Assembly (NCBI RefSeq): GCF_030684315.1
Contig: NC_081377.1
Coordinates: 33,542,001-33,606,000, forward strand
From: Stegostoma tigrinum
Taxonomy: Eukaryota
Direction: 5' to 3'
DNA length: 64,000 bases
Shown: piece by piece, positions 22,860 through 37,677 of the stretch
How positions within the stretch are numbered: position 1 is the first letter of the stretch
Layout: the number at the start of each line of letters is the position of its first letter
Notes under the pieces: model-generated
What the model was told of the DNA's origin: nothing
The model's input: only the letters and a program-made list of their open reading frames with translations
Database searches by the model: none
Made by a program: the position numbers and the translations under genes

Positions 22860-25800
22860 AAGTAGAGGAGTCGCAGACTTTGTGATTGTTCAAACAGGTT
22901 TGAGGATTTGGCAGCTGGTAAATGCACTGTGGCTCCATGGTACAGGAAGCCATTCAAGTAAGGGTCAATAGGAACGTGGTGTAATATGGGGCAAGTTAGG
23001 AGTACAGGCATAGTTCTCTGCAGCTGAGAGCACTGGTGTAGGTTATATTGCTTGCCAGTGACAGGGCATGTCCAAGTCATCAGCTCTGGACTGGAGAAGA
23101 ACTTTTACAATGAAGGGGAAGATCCAGTTGTTCTGGGCCATGGAGTATCACCAGCATAAACAGGACTAGATTGGAGGTCTTGCTCGGGGATTACAAACAG
23201 CTAGGGGATAAATTAGCAAGCTGAATCTGAAGCCACAACTAAAATGTTGTAGAGCAATTCAGGTTAGAGAAATGAATCCATTTCTCAAAAACTAACATGG
23301 GACAAATGGGTTTCAATTCATGGGACACTGGGGAAAAAAGTCAGTGTTCTGATGAGTCATATAACTGGGCAGTAGTGAAGGCTTTGAACTAAACACACAG
23401 AGGAGAAATGTCAGTGAGGGGGGAGATTTGGTAGATCAAAGATTTCGTAGATGAAGTAATGAGAACAGGGTAGTTAGTGGATTAGATAATAATAACCAAA
23501 AGTATGGCAGGAAGGGACTAAAAGTACAATCTTAATAGTGCACCAGCAGAAAAATCAGAATGAAAGGCTCTGTATCTGTGTGTGTGGATTTGTAATAAGA
23601 TGGAAAACTGCTAACACAATTAAAAATAAACCACAGAACTACAGAAATCTTACAGAGCAGCAGGCCATTCGGCCGATCATGCTTGTCCTGAATCTTCAAA
23701 TGAGCAATATTACCTAGTGCCAAGTTCCTGCTTTTCACCCAACACATTTGCATATTATTTACATCCACATAATTGTACAGTGCCCTCTTGAAAGCCTCAA
23801 CTGAATTTGTCTCCATATTTCCAGGCAGCGCATTCCAATCTTAACTATTCGCTGAGTGAAAAAGGTTTCTTCCCATAACACCCTTGCTTCTTTTGAAAAT
23901 TACTTTAGAGCTCTGCTCTTTTGTTTTTGCTTCCTTTACAAGCCGGAACAGTTTCTTCCTAACTACTCTACCCAGCCCACTCATGGATTTTAAAAGCCTC
24001 TAGAGTTTTTCTCCTAGTCCCAACTTCTTCAATCTATCCTCATAACTGAAGTTTCTCTACACTATTCAATAGTCATTACAGAGATAACAATGGAAGGTTG
24101 ACCAAAGCTTGGACTTGAACGTTGAAGGATATTTAACATTTCAAAAATATTACATTCAGTTTTCTGGGGAGAATTGTGGGTCTTTGACTCGCGCTTTAAA
24201 CCGGAATAAAAATATGATAAGAGTATGAAAGCAGAATTAGCAAAAGTGAAGTTGAAAACTAAGTTAAAAGAGAAGACATTGGAGATGCAGTGAAAATGTT
24301 TAAGGGATACAGAAAGGAGTCTGAGAAGGATACATCATCCATGCCTTCATTAAGCATAGTATTAAACTGGAAGAAACTACAAATTTAGAAAAAAAAATTA
24401 GTGCTAGGTCAGATTTTAAGAGCTAGCAAAAAACAAGAGGGAGGAAGTACAATGTAAGAGACAGGGGTCTGGTAATATCAAAACAAATAGTATTAGTTTC
24501 TGCAAATACTTAAAAAGAGGAAAAAAGTAACAAAAAAGTTAGCGTTCATCTACTAAAGAAATTTGGCTGTGGAACTGATTACAAAAGATTAGGAAATGAC
24601 AAGGTGCTCAACAGGTATTGTGTGTTTGGCCTCAATGCAGAAGATTCACTGGTTCTGAACTTCCAAAATTCCTTTCAAACAGATCGGCCATGGCCTTACT
24701 GAATGGACAAGTAGAATTGAGTGGCTGAACAGGCTATTCATGCTCCAAATTCATATGCTCCTGTGTAAATTACAACAGAATGAAAATACTTAACGTGACA
24801 TCTTATTCAAGACAAGGAGAGAAGACGAGACGAGACTACAGGCCCATTCGCCTAACATCGGTCATAGGGAAATTGCTGGAATCCATTATCAATAAGGTTA
24901 AAGCAGGATACTGAGAAAATCGTGATGTGATCAGGCAGTGTCACAGAAATACAAAAGAACAGATAGTGGTGAACAAGTAAATGGTACAGCTTTTCAAAAC
25001 AAAACTATAGTTCTACCTTCACTGAAGACAGATTATAAGGAAGCAAGACTCTATTGAGAAAGATAACTGAAATAAATTAACATTTATCAACAAAAAAAAA
25101 TGCTGGAGAAATGAATGGGACTGAAAAATGATAGGTCTCCAGCGTCTGTTAATCCACATCCTTGGAACAAAAGGAGATGGCCATGGAAATCGGTGATTTA
25201 CTGGTTCTCATTTTACAAAATTCTGCAGATTCTGTAACAGTCGCAGTAGATTATGGGCTGGCAAATTATTCACATCTTTTACAAAAGGAGGAAGGGGACA
25301 AAATGTTAATTACAAATTAGTTTATTTTCTACCACTGATATGAGATTATCAGCAAACAGGAATAAAGTTAACATGAATTTGAGCATGAAATCATGCTTGA
25401 CAAACCTTTAAAGAGATTTTTGAGGACACAACTCAAAATAGACTAGGGGAAAACAGTGGATTTGGATTTTAATCAAGTCCACACAAGAGGTTGGGGCGCA
25501 AGGGTTAAAGCACATGGGATTAGAGATAATATACCGATATGGATTGAGAATTGGTTAGCAAATAGAAAACACTGTTAGAATAAAATGGATCTGATTTGGA
25601 AGTAGTGGGCAGCATGGTGGTTCACTGGTTAGCACTGCTGCCTCACAGCGCCAGTGACCAAACTTTGATTCTAGCCTTGGGCAACTGCCTGTGTGGAGTT
25701 TACATGTTTTCAGTGTTTGCCTGGGTTTCCTCCAGGTGTTCTGTTTTCCTCCCACAGTCCAAAGATGTGCAGATTACGTGGACTGGCCATGCTAAATTGC

Positions 25801-26720
25801 CCAGTGTCCAAGGACGTGCAGGTTATGTGGATTAGCCATGGGAAATGTCGGGTTCGGGGACGGGGTGGTTCTATGGAGGGTAGTACAGACTTGATGGGCT
25901 GAACGGTCTGCAACTGCACTGTAGGAATTCTAATGAGTCTATGTAACAGTTATCAGTGTTTTTGCCCTAGCTATTCACAACAAATTTCAAATAGTTTGAA
26001 TGAGGAAATCTAATATATTTCCAATTTTGCTGATAATATAAACTAGAAAGATTTGCGAGTAGTGCAAAGAGTGAAGGCGCGTCAAGGTGGTTTGGACAAT
26101 TTGGGTGAGTGGGCAAATATTAGGCAGACACAGTATCATGCAAATAAATGTCAAGTTGTCCAATTTAATATTATTTAATTCATAATAGGTTAGAAATGAA
26201 TATATAAAAATACCTGGGTGCCTTTGCACACCAGTCATTCAAAGCATGTTGGTGCAGCAATCAGTTAGGAAAGCAAACGTACGTTAGCCTTCATTGCAAA
26301 AGGATTGGAGTACAGGTGCAATGTTGCCTTGCTGCAGCTGAGTAGGGCTTTGGTGAGACTCACCTGATTATTTTGCTGTTTTGATCTCCTTAACTGAGGA
26401 AAGATCTACTAGTCATAGAGAGAGTATAGTGAAGGTCACCAGACTGATTCAAAAGGAGTGGCGGGTTTGCCATGAGGACATTGGGTTGACCAGGTTTGCA
26501 TCCACTTGAATTTACAAACATGGAACAGGATATGTTGAAACCTTTTAAACAGGGCTGGACAGACTCGATACGGTGATGATGCTTCCCCTGGCTGGGGAAA
26601 TCTAGAAAAAGGAGTCAGGGCCTCAGGATCTGGGTAGGCCATTGAGGATCAAATAGAAATTGAGCAGCTGGTGAACCTGTAGCATTCTCTACATAAAGCA
26701 GTTGAGGCCAAGTAACCAAA
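22860..26720 (+). mobile_element. Long degenerate CR1 LINE (ORF1 esterase remnant plus ORF2 remnants) with nested insertions
   Basis: SGNH-esterase-like remnant (CLP..ISSGLEKN..EGEDPVV) at about 22950-23220; RT remnants from 24830 to 26600; nested minus-strand CR1 tail 23632-24058 and HE1 SINE. Confidence 0.65.
25607..25935 (+). mobile_element. HE1-type V-SINE nested in CR1
   Basis: GGGCAGCATGGTGG..GGTTAGCACTGCTGCCTCACAGCGCCAG; TGTGTGGAGTTT..; GGCCATGCTAAATTGCCC; CR1-like tail. Confidence 0.88.
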
Positions 26721-26864
26721 TATATTGTAGACAAATATGGGCAGACAAACATGAGAAGACATTCTTCCCTATCTCAGCCCTAAAAGACTTAGTTCCAAAG
26801 CCCCCATCCATCTCAAGCCTAAGGAAGCTTCCTTCCTGCATCTACCCTGTTGAACGCTAAGAAA

Positions 26865-27242
26865 TGAGGAGTGGCCTTATAGAGGTTTATAAAATCACAA
26901 GGGGCATTGATAAAGTGAATAGCCACAGTCTATTTCCTAGGGTGAGGGAGTCCAAAACTAGAGGGCATAGGTTTCAGTGAGAGGGCAAAAATTTAAAAGA
27001 AACTGAGAAGGAACTTTTTTTATGCAGAGGGTGAAATGGAACGAGCTGCCAGATGCAGTGTTGGAGAAGGGTACAAACACAACATTTAAAAGTCATCTGG
27101 ATGGGTAAATGAATAGAAAAGATTTAAAGGGATAGAAGCTAAATGCTGGCAGATAGGATTAGGACAGATTGGGATGTCTGGTCGTTGTGAACGATTTAGA
27201 CCGAAGGATCTGTTTCTGTCCTATATTATTCTAAGGCTCTAC
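26865..27242 (+). mobile_element. CR1 LINE 3' fragment
   Basis: Remnants CTTATAGAGGTTTATAAAATC, AAAACTAGAGGGCATAGGTTT, TGGAACGAGCTGCCAG; tail GACCGAAGGATCTGTTTCTGT. Confidence 0.8.
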
Positions 27243-27627
27243 TAAGACATATTTTTGTAGAGAAAGGAATCAATAATTATGGGAAGAGCAGAAATTGAAA
27301 TCACAAGCAAATTAGCAATTATTCTGCTGAAAGGCAGAGCAGGCTCAAAAGGCCAAAAGACCCACTCTTGCTCTCAAGTTTTATGTCCCTAAATCTGACA
27401 CGTGGACTGTATGTGTGAAACAAAAGTAATCACAAACGTCCTCCAATAAACACCTAACATTGGCAATTTTTAACAAGTAATTACTTATGCAAACAAGAGA
27501 ATAAAGATAAACATTAATGTCAAATTATTTTAATATACATGTAATGGATGATTCCCTCAATTAGTCAGAAGTAAACAGTGATCAGTATTAATTCATTAAT
27601 TGTAGTACAGTAGTTGAAGCAGTGCTT

Positions 27628-27730
27628 GCGGCACAGTGGTAGTGTCCCTACATCCGGGTCAAAAAGTCTAGATTCAAGTTTCACCTGACACAGAGGTGTT
27701 ATGATATGTCCAAACAAGTTGATTAAAATC
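27628..27730 (+). mobile_element. Short tRNA-derived SINE (related copy at 42820-42938 on minus)
   Basis: A box GGCACAGTGGTAG, B-box-like GATTCAAGT, AT-rich end. Confidence 0.55.
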
Positions 27731-28999
27731 TTTCTTTATAAAGAGGGTGCAGATGGGGACTGGTGAGTTGGATGAGAACTGGCTGGCTAAGGAGAAATCA
27801 ATAAACTCTCCAAACAGAAGCCCTGTGTGCTTGTTTCAAATTCACTCAGAAGCTTAGATGCCATTATCAAACTAACCCTGGTATTAACCAATTCAAATGA
27901 TTAAAGGCACTCTAGGAAACTGATTATACATTCCTTAAAAAGATCTGGTAATCACATTTCCAGCACACAATTTCCTGCAAAGTATGAATGCAAACAGAAA
28001 GAACAGTAGACCATTGTTCTAAAAACGCATAGGTCTAACACATCCATTAATTCTATGAACCCACCCAAAACTTTACCAACATCACACCAGCACAGAGACA
28101 AAATTTCAATTCTGACAACAGTCTCAGTGAGAAAACTGCTGTAAAATTACAAGGGATCACAAGGTACCTACCAAAATTGCAAGTTACAGGTCCTGGCATG
28201 CCAACCATTTTCCAACTCACAGTAACAGCACTTTGGCCAGTTTAGATATCTGACTATTCTTAACCTAATTTGTTCTACAAAAAAAAACCAAAAATCACAG
28301 CCTAATAAAATTATGTTATCAATTTTGAAAGTAACAAGCCTTAACTGATCATACATTAAAAAGAGATGCACAGAAGTGGGAAGTATACTCACAGAGTGCA
28401 CATATACATAAACCTCTACAATGTATGAAAGATGACCAACCAACAGCTTATGTAATAGGTTATAAGGAAATACACAATTCTTTCCACATACCAAGATCCC
28501 TAATTTTTACATCTTAGTTTCATCTGTTGGTGATCAACTACTGATGTCAGGACAAGGGGAAGAATGGAGCAGATGGAAGAAAACATGCTTACTGTTTTCA
28601 AATTTAGTTCCCAATGATAATGCATCTGAATGCTCTAAAATAACTGCAGTACTAGTGGTAGAAATAATTAAGGTGAAGACACAAAATTATTCCCAGATAA
28701 AGATGATGTTCAATCTGTAAGTTAGTTAGAAATACAGCTATATTATTTCTACTTAAAAAGATGAGGTCAATCATATGTCAAAGCATTACCTTTCATGATG
28801 AGACAATTAAATGAATTTGAATACTCCAGAATGAGCTTCACTGGTTCACTTTTATTTGAACTCTTTTACAAAACAAAGCAAATTCTCAATCTCCTCTTTG
28901 AATAACAGGAAAGATATAAAATTGTCAATTTGGAAAAGGATACATTAATTAAAAAGTTTGAACTTTAGATTTTAAGAAGGCTTCCCAAATATAGAGTTA

Positions 29000-29192
29000 G
29001 AGAGAGATAATAGGAAGTGCAGATGCTGGACAATCTGAGATAACAAGGTGTAGGGCTGGATGAACACAGCAGGTCAAGCCGCAGCAGAGGAGCAGGAAGG
29101 GTGACATTTCGGGCCTAGACTCTTCTGTCAGCCTTCCTGCACCTCTGATGCTGCTTGGCCTGCTGTGTTCATCCAGCTCTACACCTTGTTAT
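29000..29192. mobile_element. Fold-back (palindromic) Penelope terminal-repeat mini-element
   Basis: Two inverted copies of the Penelope terminus; flanks CCCAAAT(AT)AGAGTTA at 28984 and 29193. Confidence 0.85.
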
Positions 29193-30559
29193 CCCAAATA
29201 GAGTTAAGTTTGTAATTATGTCAAAAGGGAATTTTCTCCTTTAGACCTATCAGAATCAGAAACAATGTAATGACCTTAAGTGGACACTAGATTCTGGGTT
29301 CGACAGAAAAATATTGTGCAGATGAGAAAATTACTCAGGGATGATGGTACCTGTAGGACCCCAAACTCTCCGAACAGGGTCACTGACAAGCCCCAAAAAT
29401 AAAAATCTGAGACTCAGCATAATGTGCCATGGAGGTTAATTTTCAAATACTTAATGTCTCAATGTCACCAAACTGAAATTGAAAGGATGAAGATAGATTT
29501 CATTTGATGCAAAATTAAAAACTGGAACTACAGCAGAAAATCATCCTCTACATTAAAATTAAACAGTCAACACGTCAAACTTATCCACAGCATAAACAGT
29601 TCTACAATCTCCAGTTATATTATCTGACTTGCTGTTTCTCTTCAGCTTTTGGTTTCACTTATTTTTCAGTTTTTATTTTGTTCATGTTTAATTTACTTAA
29701 AAGAAAATAGCATGTAAATAAATTCAATTCTGTTAACAATCATACAGTTGTTGAAGACAATTTGAGAGGTAGATCATCCAGGAAGTTCCAGTAAAGATGA
29801 AGGCAGAAAGGTCACCTCGCTCAGTACAGACCAAGCCTCCACTTCTCAGCTAAAGAAAATCCAATACAAATTATTTCACTGATTCTATTAGATGACAGTA
29901 ATGATAAAATTTCTGATTGCTACATAATTAGCAGTAACACTGAACCAGGCAGCAGTGACTATCATCTTAAAAATTTGCAACTTTTTGCAGAGACTTCTGA
30001 GAATCTCAATACCATTATTAATGAAATTGAAATTTGATCGAAGCAAGCAAGTAGTATTTTACTAAGAAGATTGATCAAATGCCATACTCTGGTTTACAGT
30101 TTTATTGGAGTTGCTTCTTTAAACATTATTAACCATATAAAATATTGTTTTGGATGTAAAGTGTCATTGCTGTGATAAACAAATAGTCCTCTATTGAGCT
30201 TTGTGAAAAAGCTACAGGTTCACAGATATAGAAACTATTTTTAAAAAGAGCTTCCCTGAGCAGAGTTAAACAAATTCAGAGAAAGCTGGAAAAGTCCAAT
30301 CAGTTTGTTATGAACAGGATGGCCATCTGCCATCCAGTAGAGTCAAATTATTCCCAACTTTACAGGGTTGGACACACTGCAGATTAGAAACCTGCATCAG
30401 TTGTTGGTGATATACAAAGTTCAAAATCTTGCTTTGAAATGCCTTGTTTGATTTTGGCTTTTCCTTTCCTTGACATTTCTGGTTCCACTTCTGGGGACAA
30501 GCAGAATCCATACAGTCTAAATCCATTAGGTTCACTGGCTCCCATAGGTATCTGTGCTA

Positions 30560-31620
30560 CATTTCATCTCATTCTACTCCTTGACAGGACTCTATTCCAT
30601 TCTCCCAGTTTCTTAAACTCTCTTGCATCTAGTCTCACCATGCTACCTTTTGTACCAAAGCAACCAATATATGTTCCTCATCCAAGGATTCCTCTCCAAC
30701 GCCCTCAAGCATGACATTTTCTAGCACTTCTGCTTTCACCACTTCTTCTCCCACCCAGATGTATGACAGGTTCTCCCAGTTCTCCACTTTCCAAGATACA
30801 AACCCCATACTGAATGGATCATCCTCTGCAATTTCCACTGACCCCACTATGACGCATCACAAAGTATATGTTCCCTGCTCCTTCAGAATTCTGATGAAAT
30901 TGTTCACACTGTCACTCTCAGATCTACTCCAATCAACTTGAAAAGCCACTCCCCTTCCCACTTTATCCTCCCATACATGTGCAAGAGAGGTAACAGTGGT
31001 CTTATCTCAACTTCCCACAAACAGGGTCATAAACCAACATTTATTTACTTGTACATCTTTCAATTTAATATCCTATATTTATGACTCAATTTAGGCTCCT
31101 CTATATTACATAGACTGAATGTAGATTGGATGACCAAATTGCTGAAATTCTTTATCCAGTCCAGTAGCATAATTCTGAGCTTCTGGTTGCCCATCGAACT
31201 CTGATCTCTTTTCTCCAGCTGTCCTTCAACACCTCCAAAGTACACTATAAATTTACTGCACTTTATGGACTTCTGGACACAACATGGAGTTCAACAATTT
31301 TAGATGCGGACCTCTTCCCCATTGTTTTGGATGGCAGGCCTGGGTATTAATTTTAATATTCCTATTTCCACCTACTCCAGATCCAACTTGTGTTTATTTT
31401 CCCTGTTATCATCTTTTTGCCTAGCACTGATCCACCACCCTTTTATCATTCAATTTCTCTTGCTTTATTCTTTCACTCATCTTCCACTTCTGTGCTTGTT
31501 TAAAACTTGTTACATCACTAATATTTGTCAAGCTTTGATAAAGGGCTAATCAAATTGAAACATTATCCCTGATTCTCTCTCCACATTTGCTGACTGACGT
31601 GCTTGTTTCTTCAGCAAACT
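30560..31620 (+). mobile_element. Old degenerate Penelope-like element
   Basis: Pyrimidine-rich body, decayed GIY-YIG-like segment at about 31030-31280, terminus TGATAAAGGG..GAAACATT..TCTCTCTCCACA..GCTGACTGAC. Confidence 0.55.
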
Positions 31621-33456
31621 TAAAAATTGTTTACTTCAGGATTCAATTTATAAATGTGCAAACAAATTATATACAAATGTGAAACATGAGTAAGTGTCAA
31701 AATTAAATGGCACCCCATTCAATGCAAAACTGAAATGGCCTGCTGTAAGATTCACAGCCTGCTCAAATATTCAACCCAAAGTTTACTTAGAAAAACAAAA
31801 TTTAAAGCAAGCATGAAAATATTCACCAAGCTTTGAAAGAGCTATCAGAAAGAAAATAAATCAGAAGTCCTTTAGATTTATCAGCAGCACGCCACGGACC
31901 AGCCAAGAGCTAGTCTGTTCAGTAGAAACTCAGGTGCAACTACAAATTTATAAAAAGAATTATGATGAATGGTAGAATATTAACTTTAAATCCAGGAGAT
32001 ATGTTCATTGACCTTACAGAATGAGAAAAGGATATCCTACCTTTCTTGTAAAATAAATAATCCTAAATTTCATTCATTTTACTTTAGACAACATTACTGG
32101 AACTATACAATCTACTTTGTGGCATCTACATGCCAAATAACAAATAGTTTGTTTCTTAGGACTTCAAACAGAAAATAAACCCAACCTCTCAGCAATAATT
32201 TGTACTCACCATTCGATCCATTTAGTTACTATAAAAGGTTTATTATGCTCACTTTGTAGGCCACCCAGTTATCCATAATTCTCAGAAGCAAAATGTTTAA
32301 GGGCAGAAAAACATGAGATGAGGAGTGTGCTGAGGAATAGGCATAAATATTCAAAGTAAAAAAAATCCTTGATAGAAAGAAAGAGTATTAGTTTGCAGCA
32401 TGAGAGATTTTCCAGTCATTCAGAAACATTATTTAAAGTGAAATAAATTTGATAGATCTGTAAACAATCAAGGAATAGTGCCAGTTATCAAACGAGAGGA
32501 GGAGGCAGCTCATCATTGGGAAATTTTGTCCCTCTAAGATAACTCGAAGAGAAAATAGAAAAAGGTAATAGAAATAAACATCATAATTTTGACAGGATAA
32601 CAGGTTTAGATGATGATTTTATACATTTACAATTTACTGAGCCGAATTTTTCACAGAACACTAATGAGTCCATTTAATATTGCACTATTAAATACTACAG
32701 TTTTCCCCATGGATTAACTAATTTCTAATTTAACATTTGGATTACCAAATCAAAATGACCCATTTTCAACTCCAACTGACAGGTGCATAGGATTCCATAA
32801 CTTAAGACAAAGTTCAAACAATGTGCAATCTGATACCGAAAAGATAAATTCCTGTAAATGAATTCCCAGTCCACTACTTACTTGAAAACTGATTTTTTTT
32901 TAAGAAACCATGTGCACTCAATGTGGACAAATTAGTTTAGATTGCATATTTTAGGCTAAATGCAATGTTGTCAATTGCATTTGACCAGAGAAGGAATATA
33001 CTTTGTTAAATCCAATAGCAGATCAATTTAGTTACATTTTAAACTCAATATGCATTAAACGTTGTGATTTTTTTATGGAAGTTGAAGTACCAATTGGAAG
33101 TTAAAGATTAACCAGTTTGATTTGGAAAACCGGTTCTAAATTGACTAACTGGCAAATCAAGCCATTTCAACCTCAGAGACCTTGTCAAAATAGCAAAAAA
33201 TGAAAATGATAGGTTGCAACAACTAGACTTGCTGAGGTACCAAGTGCAGATTGTAGCAGGTTGAGACAACAGGTATTTCTTTGTAACCTTTTTGAAAATC
33301 TAACAATAACATAGCTGAAGTCACAGAAATGAATTTCATCAACTATCCAAATTACCTCACAACAACTATCATGATCACATTACCCAACATAAAATTTAAG
33401 ATTACACTTTACCTGTCAATAATGCAGTGTATTAAATTTGACAGTACATCAATAAA

Positions 33457-33807
<351 letters not shown>

Positions 33808-35072
33808 TCAATCTACAGGCCAGTAAAAAATACAAACTTGGAAAAAATTTCAAGACATTAGTAGAAACATCATATACTTTCTTGAAAATCTCCTCCATGC
33901 AGTTAATTGCAGGTCCCTTCCAATTTAGGCTGGATGGTTTAGAGAATGCCTATTACAATCTTTGGATTTTATCAACTATTTCCATACTCTGCAAAGATTA
34001 CACCTATTAGGGAACACTTGTTTCATACAAACTGAAATGAGACTTTGTTAGTGCAATACTGCCCAGGGTTGAGAAGAAATTCATGTCACTACTATAGCTA
34101 CAGAAAATTTCAGTCCTTACATTCTGGAAGTTTTGCCAGAAGAAAGAAAAGCCTTCAACACAGACTTTGAATCCAGGACTATAAACAAAATTCATGTTTA
34201 GTAGCTAAAAGTCAAAACAGTAGACTGATTTTTTTTTAAAAAAACACAAACTTGTAACTTGCCATCACCCAAGGTACAAAAATAACAAGATACAGCACAT
34301 GGTCAATCTTCAATACTGAAACTGGAGCATCATAAATTGTATAAACGCAAGATTTATTTAACTGTCAAGAACCTTCCATGATTTGTACGGAAAGGTGTTT
34401 GGGAGAAAGGCATTATGGCATCTAAACTTGCATATGTCATTTTTGCAGAGGTTATAAGTCTGGGATAGTTGGGTTTACTTTTCTCAATACCAGAGAAAAC
34501 AAAAGCATGAACAGGCGATTCTTGTCAATCTCTTAGGAAGAAGTTGTAAATAGAGGCATACATTCTGAATGTAGTTTTGCTAGTAGAGGATTTTAAACCA
34601 ATTCTGAATGGGTACTTTAAGAGTGTTAAGTTTGGAGTGGAAAGTGCTATTTTGCCCACTCAAACACCTTCATATCTATAGAGATTCTCAATGCAATGGA
34701 ATAATCTGTTAAAGGTTACATCAAAAGGAGTACAATCTTGCACAAAGCCCAATTTTAATTTGATAAATATACCCTTTAAAGAACTACATGCATTAGATAC
34801 CTTCAAGTATCCACAAAGATTACTGTTAAGCCAGTTTTATTGTATCTACAAAACAAGCAAGAATTTGTTAATTGCAAGTGAGTCAGAAGCCAACTGAGAT
34901 AACTACACCCATTAATGCTCAAAGCAAATTTATTCCCTTTACTTGAACATATTTGTTTTGAAGACCTGCTGAGTTTGTAGACTGGGAGATTGCTGCACTC
35001 TGGTTCTACACCAGTAAAATGCAAATGAAACATTTTAGCTTTGAGAAACATTTGTATATGTCTGAATACTTA

Positions 35073-35261
<189 letters not shown>

Positions 35262-36117
35262 TCATAAAACTCAATGTAGTTAACATTTGGAATATTACGT
35301 TCATTAATAAACCTTTTCAATGAAGAGCAAATACTTCACCTCAAATTAAATTTAACTGTTGGGAAACATTAAGTAAGCTTATCATGTCGACACAATTAGG
35401 TTCTACAATGAAATGAGCATGTTAAATTGAACAAGGTACAAAGTAGTAACACTTATCAACCAAAGACTCTTACTCCAGTTCAAATTCAGTGCAGGCTGCA
35501 TACATCCATCAGATGAGCATTCTTGATGTGAATTGGTGGATAAAATACAGTAACTCCTTCAAGAACCTGAAGTTTTTTTTGTATAAAACACATCCCCAAC
35601 AATTTAACAGACATGTACTGCTTAATATGATGCTGAGTCTATAATGAATGTTGCTAACTCTTACATACATGTCAATGAAAACTCCTTGCTCTGTATAAAC
35701 TTATGTAAAAGTTGAGCCCTTACTTTTTGACTAAGATTTAGTCTTAGAAACTTGATTTTAACAGAAGCAAAATTTTGGCACAAGAAATCTACTCCCTCCA
35801 TTAACAACATTATTTCTGTACTGTCTGCTGTACTACGATATAATAAAAAAAAGGCAGGCACTATGACCCTGTGGAATGTTTGGAACTGATGATGGTGCAA
35901 ACTCAGAAGGGTGGGCCTGCTGGTGATAGCAATGGTCAGCAAAGGAAGCAGCTGCACCCAATGGATCCTTTAAAATTCCCAAATGGGACACTACAATTGG
36001 CTTTTCACAGTAGGCATAAACAGGGCATGATTAAAAAACGTTATTTGCTGAATTATTTAAGTAATTGTGAAAATCCAACTATCAATTTGCTGCTAATCAA
36101 GTTTAAAAAAAAATTAC

Positions 36118-36212
36118 CTGCCACAGATTCTGGTTATCAGCAAGTCATCTTGAATCTTAAGTTCTAGCACAGAGTCTAACTTCTCAGATCGCTTTTCTAA
36201 TTGTTGATCAAA
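36118..36212 (-). CDS. AK2: AK2 coding exon 4 (FDQQLEKRSEKLDSVLELKIQDDLLITRICGR)
   Basis: Acceptor tttttgcag|TTT, donor CAG|GTAATT; 95 nt, phase 2; aligns by eye to AK2 LDDLMEKRKEKLDSVIEF...RITGR. Confidence 0.95.
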
Positions 36213-36639
36213 CTGCAAAAAGACCAAAACATATTCAAATAAGGCAAAAGTTCATATATCCATGGCATCTACACGTGCTTCCCAATAATTCATGTTTAAA
36301 ATATATGTCAAAATGGGATTTCAAAAGATAGACAGTATAGAAACATTGCCTAATGTCTTTTAATCAATGCCCCACCAACTGGCTACTGATAGTCTGCCAG
36401 ATTTCAATCTGAACGAATGTAACACAAATAACATCTATGATGAATCCTGTAATGAGGTATCTTCCCCAACTTCTATTAATTTTCCTGGGACAAGGAGAAA
36501 TTGTTGGAGCTTTTCCAGCAATTTTTATTTTTGTCTCTGATTTATAGCATCTGTAGTTCTTTCGGTTTTATACAATAACTTTTCATTTGAGGGGAAGTGG
36601 CTGGCATCCATTCATTGATAGATAACAACAGAGGTGACT

Positions 36640-36940
36640 TTTTTTAAAAATTAATTCACAGGAAAAGGGTGCAACTGGCTAGCCTAGCATTTATTGCCCA
36701 TCCTAGAGGATAGGTAAGTATATATCACTCTGCCGTGGGTCTGGAGTCACATGTAGGCCGGACCAGGTAGGGATGGCAGTTTCCTTTCCAAAAGGGCATT
36801 AATGAACCAGGTGGGTTTTTGCAACAATCGACAATGGATTCATGGTCATCATTAGACTATTAGTTCCAGATATTTTATTGAATTCAATTTCCACAATCTG
36901 CCATGATTGAATTCTAACCCAGGACCCCAAACATTAGCAT
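36640..36940 (-). mobile_element. tRNA-derived SINE with LINE-derived 3' tail (in AK2 intron 3)
   Basis: Minus strand: head CCTGGGTTAGAATTC; core AAAACCCACCTGGTTCATTAATGCCCTTT..GGCCTACATGTGACTCCAGACCCAC; tail GGATGGGCAATAAATGCT. Confidence 0.8.
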
Positions 36941-37134
36941 AAACAATGAACAGAAAGCCATAACAGGTAAATGTAACTGTATTAGAGTACAAGCTGATAA
37001 ACTGGAAACAGATTAGTTAATACCTAATGTGCTCCATTACTTTCTTTGTTAGCTCACTACTTTCTGCTACAAGTCAACTCACATTAGGGCGCCCCCACAC
37101 CATACAGTCTAAAGAGTAGACACCACTCGGAGCT

Positions 37135-37560
37135 TGCACAACTTGACTTTATACAGTACATTTAATGCAGGAAAATGTCCAAAGGCATTTCACAGAGACG
37201 CAGAGTAAAACAATCAAAGGTGTCGGGAGAGGTGACCAAAACCAAAACATGTTTTTTTTCCCAGAAATGGAAAATTGGGTGGTGAAAAGGTAGAGAAGCT
37301 CTAAGATGCAAATTCTAGAATGTGAAACCTAGATGGTTAAAAGCATGGTAGTCAATAGCAAGGGAAGAGATGGAATCAATGCACAAGGAGCCAGGACAGA
37401 ATTGGTAAAATCAAACCTGGAAGTGACCAGATGGCTTGGGTTTCAGTGACAGGTGAGGTGTGATAAGAGACAGGTGACATTACAGAGGTGGCAACAGACA
37501 GTCTTTGTGATGAAAGGAATATGAATTTTGAAACTCATTTGAGGCACTGAATCAAATGAC
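37135..37560 (-). mobile_element. L2-type LINE 3' remnant
   Basis: ACAACTTGACTTTATACAG..CATTTAATG..GGCATTTCACAG..GGTGACCAAAA pattern, similar to 43780. Confidence 0.5.
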
Positions 37561-37601
37561 TGGCTATGAATAGTTTAAACCAGTCTGACTTTTCTACCAT
37601 G

Positions 37602-37677
37602 AGATAGTAAGAACTGCAGATACTGAAATCAGAGAAAACACAGTTCTGTGCTATGTTCCTCCAGCTCCACACTTATC
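37602..37677. mobile_element. 76-bp minimal fold-back Penelope terminus with 18-bp TSD
   Basis: TCTGACTTTTCTACCATG exactly duplicated at 37584-37601 and 37678-37695; interior consists of two inverted Penelope end fragments. Confidence 0.85.

Noticed and set aside
30308-30535. 75-aa minus-strand ORF as an AK2 alternative exon
   Set aside because: No homology, poor acceptor context, and adjacent to a decayed Penelope element
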